Part shown: in pieces, positions 53,231 through 64,000 of the stretch
Numbering within the stretch: the stretch's first letter is position 1
Layout: each line of letters begins with the position of its first letter
Assembly (NCBI GenBank): GCA_965235115.1
Contig: OZ249436.1
Span: 17,548,001-17,612,000, forward strand
Length of the DNA: 64,000 nucleotides
Source of the DNA: Laetmonice hystrix
Lineage: Eukaryota
Reading direction: 5' to 3'
Translations under genes and position numbers: made by a program
The notes under the pieces: generated by a model
What the model was told of the DNA's origin: nothing
Database searches by the model: none
Seen by the model: the letters and a program-made list of their open reading frames with translations, nothing else

Positions 53231-56200
53231 ATGACAATGACTGGAACTGTGAGTGGACACATGCATTATGGTGATGTTGAGGTCGCCGTAAAGCGTCACA
53301 TAAAGAACGGAGGACCTGAGATGTATGGTTCAACATACGAGTTCCTAGATCTTCAGATAGACAGTCGATGTGCCCCACTCTGCTGTGACTCACAGGAGAA
53401 GTCTATCCCACTCTACAGATACCAAGATATCCCACCATTCTTACGAGGAAATCCATATGTTGTCAGCGGTTACAGGTCACTGCTGCCGTTCAGCCTCTGC
53501 TGTCGAAGGTAAGATTAAGTGTTGTCTTCACTGAGATTATTATATATGTTTATTTGGTTGGGCTCCATAATCATTCTGTGACTGGTTTGGACATGTATGT
53601 CTGGAGAAAATATCTTTCATCTATATGCTGCAAATTGAGCAGTGCCTGATTCCCCCATGAACCTAAGATAAATGTTGCATTTTCTTAACATGTGGATTCC
53701 ACGTTGGAAAGCAATCACATGATTTTCAGTAATGTAAAAATATCAATACCATGCAAACACAATAGGGCCTACTTTCTTTTTTCCCCTGGAATGTTTGAAT
53801 CATTCAAGGTAGGATTGTTTGGGAATTACAAATGCTTTTTGCCTCATCTCACAAACAATATCTGTTCTTGAGCTGTATGATAATTTACTGACTGAAACTT
53901 TTACCTACAGCCTGTTTATCTGGAGCAATGAGACGATCAATGTTTGGTCTCACCTTGGAGGTTGCATCCTCTTTATCCTCCTCCTCATCTATGACAACCT
54001 TGTGTCACTGCCCAGCATTAGAGCGACCTTCTCGGATCACATCATCGTTTCCTTGGGCCTCGGCTGCTTTCAGGTAGGAACCACACAGTCGGATCTGATC
54101 TAACAGCTTCAAGTGTTGTCATGTTTTCAGTGTGTGTGTGAAGGATTTATATTGTAACTTAATTTGTGATACATCAGATTACAAATTATGTAATATTGTC
54201 TGAGACTGATACTGGGGTACAGATCCAATCAGATGTTAAAGTCACTTATTGGATGTTCCTACTAATTGTTTTACAAAGTTTGTAGCATGGCTTTTATTTC
54301 TGACCCTGAATGATTTCTACTCCTTCTGGCGTTCTCTCTATAGCCAAAAGTATATCAAGTGTAACAGTTGACACCCCCAAAATTACATTTCTCAGGATTT
54401 ATAAATATTTCCCCTCTGATAATTCCTTCTTTGTGTTTCAGTTTTGCCTGATATGCTCTGCTGGTTACCATCTCTTCAACTGTCACTCAGAACGGGCGTC
54501 AAAACGATGGCTAGTACTGGATCTGTCAGGAATATCTGTCGGCCTGATCGGGTGCTACCTGCCAGGAGTCCACTACGCCTTCTACTGTCTCTCAGTACGG
54601 CTTCCCTTATCAGTGTATTCAAATACATATAGACATATATGTTGCCATTCATAGAATGACTTGTTATTTAATAGCATGTTGTCGATTGAAAGTGAAACAG
54701 ATACAAAAAGTAATAGTATATATAGCATATTTCAGTGATATTTAAGAGGATTTCCAAAAGATTTTGTAATAAGATGTCAACATGTGGTTTGCATAGCAGG
54801 GCTTCAGATAATATTTTAAGGTGGGGAGTTTTTGACTCCTCCTCTTTTTTCAGGTTGCGTATTGTAGTACCCATCCTCAACAAGTGTTGCGTATTTGACT
54901 TCTAACTTCCAACTTCCAACTGACCTGCATGTGTTTGCTAATGCTGGGAACAACTGAAACTGACAACTTATAGTATTGTCCAGTTGGCACCCTACTGGCA
55001 GGGTGCCAACGTGTCCAGCTGTTGGCACCCAGCCAGTGCTTGCTGACCACTGCAGACCATTAGAAGCCCCCTCCCAACCATATTTGACGCTCAGTGCAGA
55101 AGGACTCAGCATATGGAAAGCTTTTATTACCCAATACTGATGCGTTTTTGACGATAGGGTCTTCAAAATTACTGCGTATTTCCACCACTTCAGTGCGTAA
55201 ATACGCAAATACGCACCTTATCTGAAGCCCTGGCATAGATTTACCCGATGATTACCTGTTTGTTCATGTGATGGTGTTAAGTCTGCCTGATCATCATCAG
55301 TTGTTGTTCATGGCAGTGATGCTGTTTCAGATTTGGCGAGACGTGTACCTGATCGTCATCAGTCTGTTGTTCATGGCAGTGATGCTGTTTTCAACCATGC
55401 CACAGTATAACTCCCAGGCATGGTTTTACCAACGTATCATCATGTACTGCGGCCTGGCAGCCTATGGGGTGATACCAACCATTCACTGGGTCTACCTGAA
55501 CGGGGGATTGACAGCACCTTTGGTATATGTAAGTGGTAGTACTCCCTCCATCATGGATTACAAGATAAAATATAAATATTCATCTTTTCAGTGACTTAAA
55601 TATTAAGTTCAAATTTTTTGTTTGATATATGTTTGATATATGCATGTATTAACAGCTCTCACTTTATATGAGCATGTCAAATTATGACTAGTGTCTGGCA
55701 TCTCCGGTGTAATGAGGTACACTGTGCAAGCCTTCCTTCTTTAAACATTGAATGTGCTGATTAATGTTTTCATGAGGAAAAAGCTTGAATTGCTTTTCTA
55801 TTAAATCAAGAGACAGTGAAGCATCATGCAGTCAGTACTGGTACCTTGCCTTCTTCCTGTTCTCACCATCTATGTCTGCCAGCTGCTGCTGTCTCTAACA
55901 GCTGTTATGTCCTCTTCTAACAGCTGTTCCTGCCCAAAGTGACTGTGATGTACCTGCTTGGAATCCTAGCTTTCTTCTTCTACATCACCAAATTCCCAGA
56001 GCGGTACTTCCCAGGTGAGATCTCTCAGGTGTATGTTTTATAAAATGTAAAACTGCAGGGGAAGCCTCATGTTAGTGACCTAAATAAAACTTAAAAACTT
56101 CAGAGATCATCTTAAAGTCTGTCAACAAAACAGGATTAACTTTGGAATATATTAAGATTATTATTACGTTTCTACAAGTATGTGCTGAAAATTCCATCTT

Positions 56201-57391
56201 AGACGTGTTATTTCATGAAAAATTGTGTTGAGAACTTCTACCGAGTAATTCAATGGTTTGCCTACTTTCTTGGTGGTATTAAAAAAATGGGCTAAAAATA
56301 AAGCGCGATGAACGTTTTACACTTGGCAGGACCAGGCTTCTCCGAGATTTGGAACTGGCCACTTTTTATTACTATTTGCATGTATTCTACTTATAGCTGT
56401 TGCTTCCTGGTTATTAAAATTTAACTGATTGCACACCTCGATTTGATCTTCCACTTGTACCCGTGATTTCAGCTAAAGCCTGCCATCATTTTCAGGACCC
56501 TTCTAGATGTTCCAGGTCACTTTGACTACATTGGATCAAGTCACCATTGCCGACTTGTTTTGTTGTGTTCCAGGTCACTTTAACTACATTGGATCAAGCC
56601 ACCAGTGTTGACTTTTATTGTTTTGTTGTGTTCCAGGTCACTTTGACTACATTGGATCAAGCCACCAGTGTTGACTTTTATTGTTTTGTTGTGTTCCAGG
56701 TCACTCTGACTACATTGGATCAAGCCACCAGTGTTGACTTTTATTGTTTTGTTGTATTCCAGGTCACTTTGACTACATTGGATCAAGCCACCAGTGTTGA
56801 CTTTTATTGTTTTGTTGTGTTCCAGGTCACTTTGACTACATTGGATCAAGCGACCAGTGTTGACTTTTATTGTTTTGTTGTGTTCCAGGTCACTTTGACT
56901 ACATTGGATCAAGCCACCAGTGTTGACTTTTATTGTTTTGTTGTGTTCCAGGTCACTTTGACTACATTGGATCAAGCCACCAGTGTTGACTTTTATTGTT
57001 TTGTTGTGTTCCAGGTCACTTTGACTACATTGGATCAAGCCACCAGTGTTGACTTTTATTGTTTTGTTGTGTTCCAGGTCACTCTGACTACATTGGATCA
57101 AGCCACCAGTGTTGACTTTTATTGTTTTGTTGTATTCCAGGTCACTCTGACTACATTGGATCAAGCCACCAGTGTTGACTTTTATTGTTTTGTGTGCCAG
57201 GTCACTTTGACTACATTGGATCAAGCCACCAGTGTTGACTTTTATTGTTTTGTTGTGTTCCAGGTCACTTTGATTACATTGGATCAAGCCACCAGTGTTG
57301 GCATTTTATCATCTTGTTTGCCTTCCTCTGGTGGCATCACGCCGGGCAACAAATTCTTGAGTACCGTACAAATCAACCATGTCCAGCCTGA
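53231..57391 (+). CDS. PAQR3: Progestin and adipoQ receptor family member 3, about 336 aa
   Basis: Exons 53231-53508, 53911-54073, 54442-54594, 55331-55528, 55924-56014, 57264-57391 (1011 nt). Motifs NPYVVSGYR, SNETINVWSH, SAGYHLFNCHS, PERYFPGHFDYIGSSHQCWH. Exact start ATG is uncertain. Confidence 0.9.
56507..57299 (+). repeat. 63-bp array of the PAQR3 last-exon acceptor plus exon start
   Basis: 13 copies of CCAG|GTCAC..; only the last continues into the real exon. Confidence 0.95.
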
Positions 57392-58444
57392 CCACACGCA
57401 ATGATTAGACTATTACATACATAGGCAATGGGACATGGTGTTTTAAAGTTTTAAAGTCAGAAATATGTAAGACAATATATGACTTTAAAGAAAGACACCC
57501 AGACTCGGGGGACAAGGACAGAGGAAAGCACCATGGTATGCAGATCATGTATGAACATTATATACAGTAAGTCATTATTTTGACTTGTAGAGCTGCAAAC
57601 ATAGCGACCCACATTCCGAGGATCTTAGATGACAAAAGTAGGTGTTTATCGTATCTGTGAATATTGACTCTTAGCGTAGCAAGTTTTATTGCTTGGATTG
57701 TCTGATCTCAGTCAGGCACTGAGACCACCACCCAGAGACCGAGACCTCGAACAGTGCGGCCATATCTTAAACAGCTGAAATGGAATCAGGACCATGTAAA
57801 TTTGTTTCTGTGATACAGTGGTAATCTTTTAGAGAGTCGTCATTGGGAAACCATTGCAAGAATGAGGGTCAGTAATATGTAATTAGGGTCGGCCTGTGTA
57901 ATGAGGATTGATCTATATGTAATCAGGGTTGGTCTAAGTAATGAGGATCACTAATATGCAGAGGGTCAGTCTATGTAATGATCAGTAATGCATAATGAGG
58001 GTCAGCAATGTGTAATGAGGGATAATACATGTGAAGACTACATGGTACATGGTAACCTAAGGAGGGGCAGTCTAGCCTATATAAGAGTTGGTCTACGTAA
58101 TGGGGGTTGGTCTACGTAATGAGGGGCTGGGAGGGTACGAAAATCTGATCCTCATCTTGTTATATTGGCAATTTTTTTATGTTATTAATTTAATAATGAT
58201 TTTATTGAAACACGTTATTACAATTCAAAGTTTTTCTTATAAGGCTCAGACTCAGAGAACGTGATAATAGTATTATTTATGTTTGAGTTGCATACACATG
58301 TACTTACACTTGTGATGTGTTATTTATTTATTATCGTATATCGGTTTGATCTTCAAAGAAGCATCACCAATGTGCTGATTTGAATGAGAATGTGATTTAT
58401 CCAATTATAACTTCACTACAGCATGCGTTTTATTGGCTGAAACA

Positions 58445-58715
58445 TTCCTTCTCCATCCTAGTGCCATGGTGTCAGCACCTCACTTCCCCATCCTAGTGTC
58501 ATATATGCACCTTATTCCTCCCCATCCTAGTGCCATATGCTCCTCACCTCCCCATCCTAGTGCCCTGGTGTCGGGACCTCACTTCCCTATCCTAGTGCCA
58601 TAATGTTGGGACCTCACCTTCCTATCCTAGTGCCATGGTGTCAGCACCTCACTTCCCCATCCTAGTGCCATGGTGTCGGCACCTCACTTCCCCATCCTAG
58701 TGCCATGGTGTCGGC
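58445..58715. repeat. About 35-bp minisatellite
   Basis: CCATCCTAGTGCCATGGTGTCAGCACCTCACTTCC about 8 times. Confidence 0.85.
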
Positions 58716-58729
58716 ACAATCGTCTCTAA

Positions 58730-59193
58730 AGGCCAATACACATGATGCGATTCTTCTTCGGCGATGGGTCGGCGACGAAGCATCGCATAAAGGCCGGTTT
58801 ATAGTCCGTCGACCGACCATCGGCCGACCATCTCTCAACGTCAGGTCAAAGTTCACGTAGGTTTAACTCTCAGCGATCGGGCGGCCGACGGCCGGATCGC
58901 TGAACTATAAACGTTCAGCGATGGTCGGCCGATGGTCGGCCGACGGACTATAAACTGGCCTTAATGTGTATTGGGTCGCTGATCAGTCGCCGGCCCGTCG
59001 GCGATGCATCGCCGACCGGTTCACAAATTCTGACAGTGTCAGAACTTCTGGACCCGTCGCCGACGGCTGGGGGTTAAGAACGGTAGGAGCGCTGTATCCC
59101 GCCCATCGCCGACTCATCGGCGATCCATCGGCGAGTTCAGGTGGGAAACTGGGTCCGACTATTTGTCGCCGGCAAATCGCATGTGTATTCCTT
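58730..59193. mobile_element. PIF/Harbinger-like MITE containing a nested MITE (58791-58961)
   Basis: Both flanked by TAA duplications. Outer TIR AGG..AATACACATG, inner TIR AGGCCRGTTTATAGTCCGTCG. The outer element splits a 69-bp satellite unit at CTCTAA|CAT. Confidence 0.75.
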
Positions 59194-59679
59194 TAACATG
59201 TACCATAGGCATAGGTGGCGTTCATGACGTCCGGTATTATCTACTCTAGATGGCGTTACAATCGTCTCTAACGTATACCATGCGTTCATGACGTCGGTTC
59301 TATTTCTTCATGTACTCTTCTTTCTTCATTATCATAATCGTCCATAAGAGTTCATGAATCGCTTTAAATATTACATTATCATATTGGGTCACCTAGACTC
59401 GTGTCTTTTTCAAATGGTGTCTACAATAAATACATGTATGACTTGATGCTAATTATCTTTGGTCAATTCCCATAAATGTCTTCGTTTCTCAGAATTTCAT
59501 CAGTCCACCTCCAAAACAACCAACGTTTCAATAAATGTTTATGAATTTACTAGTGTCATAGAATCACCCTTTTTTTATCATTAATTTAGACGGAGTTGCA
59601 ATTATAGTCCTATCCCCTGACTTTATACTATAGCGTACTTTTATATAGATCTACCTACATTCAGGACGTCGCTTACTAT

Positions 59680-62600
59680 ATTCTAACATACCATAGCAGG
59701 TGACGTTCATGACGTCCGGTACTCTCTACTCTAGATGGCGTTACAATCGTCTCTAACATAAACCATAGGCGGCGTTCATGACGTCAGGCGGTCATGACGT
59801 CCGGTACTATCTACTCTAGATGGCGTTACAATCGTCTCTAACATATACCATAGGTGGCGTTCATGACGTCCAGTACTATCTACTCTAGATGGCGTTACAA
59901 TCGTCTCTAACATATACCATAGGTGGCGTTCATGACGTCCAGTACTATCTACTCTAGATGGCGTTACAATCGTCTCTAACATATACCATAGGTGGCGTTC
60001 ATGACGTCCAGTACTATCTACTCTAGATGGCGTTACAATCGTCTCTAACATATACCATAGGTGGCGTTCATGACGTCCGGTACTATCTACTCTAGATGGC
60101 GTTACAATCGTCTCTAACATAATACCCATAGGTGGCGTTCATGACGTCTGGTACTATCTACTCTAGATGGCGTTACAATCGTCTCTAACATATACCATAG
60201 GTGGCGTTCATGACGTCCGGTACTATCTACTCTAGATGGCGTTACAATCGTCTCTAACATATACCATAGGTGGCGTTCATGACGTCCAGTACTATCTACT
60301 CTAGATGGGGTTACAATCGTCTCTAACATATACCATAGGTGGCGTTCATGACGTCAGGTACTATACTCTAGATGGCGTTACAATCGTCTCTAACATATAC
60401 CATAGGTGGCGTTCATGACGTCCGGTACTATCTACTCTAGATGGCGTTACAATCGTCTCTAACATATACCATAGGTGGCGTTCATGACGTCAGGTACTAT
60501 ACTCTAGATGGGGTTACAATCGTCTCTAACATATACCATAGGTGGCGTTCATGACGTCAGGTACTATACTCTCGATGGCGTTACAGTCGTCTCTAACATA
60601 TACCATAGGTGGCGTTCATGACGTCCGGTACTATTTACTCTAGATGGCGTTACAATCGTCTCTAACATATACCATAGGTGGCGTTCATGACGTCCGGTAC
60701 TATCTACTCTAGATGGCGTTACAATCGTCTCTAACATATACCATAGGTGGCGTTCATGACGTCCAGTACTATCTACTCTAGATGGGGTTACAATCGTCTC
60801 TAACATATACCATAGGTGGCGTTCATGACGTCAGGTACTATACTCTAGATGGCGTTACAATCGTCTCTAACATATACCATAGGTGGCGTTCATGACGTCC
60901 GGTACTATCTACTCTAGATGGCGTTACAATCGTCTCTAACATATACCATAGGTGGCGTTCATGACGTCAGGTACTATACTCTAGATGGGGTTACAATCGT
61001 CTCTAACATATACCATAGGTGGCGTTCATGACGTCAGGTACTATACTCTAGATGGCGTTACAGTCGTCTCTAACATATACCATAAGTGGCGTTCATGACG
61101 TCCGGTACTATTTACTCTAGATGGCGTTACAATCGTCTCTAACATATACCATAGGTGGCGTTCATGACGTCAGGTACTATCTACTCTAGATGGGGTTACA
61201 ATCGTCTCTAACATATACCATAGGTGGCGTTCATGACGTCCGGTACTATCTACTCTAGATGGCGTTACAATCGTCTCTAACATGTACCATAGGTGGCGTT
61301 CATGACGTCCGGTACTATCTACTCTAGATGGCATTATAATCGTCTCTAACATGTACCATAGGTGGCGTTCATGACGTCAGGTACTATCTACTCTAGATGG
61401 GGTTACAATCGTCTCTAACATATACCATAGGTGGCGTTCATGACGTCAGGCGGTCATGACGTCCGGTACTATCTACTCTAGATGGCGTTACAATCGCCTC
61501 TAACATATACCATAGGTGGCGTTCATGACGTCCGGTACTATCTACTCTAGATGGCGTTACAATCGCCTCTAACATATACCATAGGTGGCGTTCATGACGT
61601 GCAGGTACTATTTACTCTAGATGGCGTTACAATCGTCTCTAACATATACCATAGGTGGCGTTCATGACGTCCGGTACTATCTACTCTAGATGGGGTTACA
61701 ATCGTCTCTAACATATACCATAGGTGGCGTTCATGACGTCAGGTAGGCTACTATCTACTCTAGATGGCGTTACAATTGTCTCTAACATATACTATAGGCG
61801 GCGTTCATGACGTCAGGTAATATATCTACTCTAGATGGCGTTACAATAAGCTCTAACATATACCATAGGTGGCGTTCATGACGTCAGGTACTATCTACTC
61901 TAGATGGCGTTACAATCGTCTCTAACATATACCATAGGTGGCGTTCATGACGTCAGGCGGTCATGACGTCCGGTACTATCTACTCTAGATGGCGTTACAA
62001 TCGCCTCTAACATATACCATAGGTGGCGTTCATGACGTCCGGTACTATCTACTCTAGATGGCGTTACAATCGCCTCTAACATATACCATAGGTGGCGTTC
62101 ATGACGTGCAGGTACTATTTACTCTAGATGGCGTTACAATCGTCTCTAACATATACCATAGGTGGCGTTCATGACGTCCGGTACTATCTACTCTAGATGG
62201 GGTTACAATCGTCTCTAACATATACCATAGGTGGCGTTCATGACGTCAGGTAGGCTACTATCTACTCTAGATGGCGTTACAATTGTCTCTAACATATACT
62301 ATAGGCGGCGTTCATGACGTCAGGTAATATATCTACTCTAGATGGCGTTACAATAAGCTCTAACATATACCATAGGTGGCGTTCATGACGTCAGGTACTA
62401 TCTACTCTAGATGGCGTTACAATCGTCTCTAACATATACCATAGGTGGCGTTCATGACATCAGGTACTATCTACTCTAGATGGCGTTACAATCGTCTCTA
62501 ACATATACCATAGGTGGCGTTCATGACCTCCGGTACTATCTACTCTAGATGGCGTTACAATCGTCTCTAACATATACCATAGGTGGCGTTCATGACGTCA

Positions 62601-62800
62601 GGTACTATACTCTAGATGGCGTTACAGTCGTCTCTAACATATACCATAGGTGGCGTTCATGACGTGCAGGTACTATTTACTCTAGATGGTGTTACAATCG
62701 TCTCTAACATATACCATCATAGGTGGCGTTCATGACCTCCGGTACTATCTACTCTAGATGGGGTTACAATCGTCTCTAACATATACCATAGGTGGCGTTC
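59680..62800. repeat. 69-bp satellite, about 45 copies, with an internal 507-bp duplication
   Basis: Unit CATAGGTGGCGTTCATGACGTCCGGTACTATCTACTCTAGATGGCGTTACAATCGTCTCTAACATATAC; variant units recur 507 bp apart (61446/61953, 61743/62250). Confidence 0.97.
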
Positions 62801-62888
62801 CATTCGGGATCCCCTCGGGCATATGACGTCACTTCCTGCTATTCGAATATACCCTCGGGTGGATTAGTGGCCATGTTTGGCAACCGGA

Positions 62889-64000
62889 TAGTAGTAGTAG
62901 TTTATTGACCAAACTGGTCCAAAACAATACAAATGCATAGAAACAATAGGGTGATCGCAGTTCTTCGAATACTGACCACAAACTGGTGTTACAATTACAC
63001 AATTCAAGTGGCACCAACCACATTAGAGGCCCTATAGGCCTAAGAGCTTTCAAAATACAATAGGATTTCATGATGGATACACTTAAACTGCTCAACAGTG
63101 TGCGCTTTTACGACAAAATCTGGGTATATGACAGGAGACGAATTATATCTCTGCCTGATATTATTTACAAGAGGGCATACCTGTATAACATGGGGTTCGT
63201 CTTGTACAGCCCCACAAGCACATAGTCTATTTTCTCTTGGGATTCGAGACCACCGCCCCGTTTCTATTTTGAGCCGATGGGAGGACAGTCGCAGAGATGT
63301 AAAAGACATCCTTAAATATTCTGGGATGTACCGTTTATCACAATTCAAATAAACATTATGAACTGCGAGGGAAGGGTTAATGGTTTTATACGTAAGAAAT
63401 TTTGATTTGTCCGATCCCTGTATTCTTTCTTTTAGGTTAATCATCCCTAAAGCACTATAGTCATCAGATCGGGTCACTATATCAATAACATTTCCCATTT
63501 CGGTACGGTTATAACGAGCCAGCTCAATAGCAAACATCAGTGGATCATCAAGCAAACCAACTCTTGATTCAATCATTTTCCTGAAAAACAATCTTTGTCG
63601 CTCTAAGACGAAGAATTTAAGAGGTGGGTACCCTACTTCCGCAAGGCATAAGTCATTCGCGGTCGTAGACCAAACTCCCAAAAGTGCCTTTATTGCTGCG
63701 TGGTATATTTTGTCCATCTCCTTCAGGCCGCCCCCTAACCAACTTTCACACCCATACATAATAGCAGACATAAACGCTGCATCTAGAACTTTCTTCTTCA
63801 CTATAAAGGGCATATCTATATTACGTCTGAAAAAAAAACAGTTAACTTCAGGAGATGTTTCTTAACACTCTTAACGTGCTCCTTTACGGCTGTTCTAATT
63901 TTCCCATCACATGTAAAAATACTCCCTAAGTAAGTATATGTTTTGCAATGTTGAATAGCCAGCGACGCGTCCCCATCTATGACTATTGTTTGCCTATCAG
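62889..64000 (-). mobile_element. Non-LTR retrotransposon (LINE) 3' end: RT C-terminus and CCHC knuckle
   Basis: ORF 63813-63040 with YGCESW, RLSSHRLKIETGRW and CACGAVQDEPHVIQVC. Upstream YTYLG motif lies across a likely frameshift in the A-run near 63830. Tail is AATAAA followed by (CTA)n at 62906-62889. Confidence 0.9.

Noticed and set aside
56547..57404. 285-aa and 235-aa repeat-protein ORFs
   Set aside because: Alternative frames of the 63-bp acceptor array; the conserved PAQR3 frame is different.

Overview
Intron-rich, repeat-rich eukaryotic DNA from an invertebrate-like animal; I cannot name the species. I reconstructed six protein-coding genes by hand using GT-AG boundaries and exon phase. 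On the minus strand: a CARD-type death-fold gene whose 3' part is not found in the window (1210-2517); a paralog splicing two CARD-like domains in frame to an intronless BTB-Kelch exon (6885-11614, about 814 aa); and two intact tandem 14-exon clan-3 cytochrome P450 genes (14403-23698, 26501-36329). On the plus strand: LRRC20 (46194-49372) and PAQR3 (53231-57391). The rest is minisatellites, MITEs/DNA-transposon derivatives, a 3.1 kb 69-bp satellite and two LINE pieces. Four patterns stand out. (1) Tandem arrays built from copies of real splice donors or acceptors sit at many exon-intron junctions, including 12 decoy acceptors before the last PAQR3 exon. (2) The CARD-CARD-BTB-Kelch architecture is unusual. 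(3) TA-to-TAGGCCTA micro-insertions are pervasive and resemble transposon excision footprints. (4) Clusters of CTCF-like motifs are carried by repeats. Domain calls and copy numbers are by eye; no searches were run.
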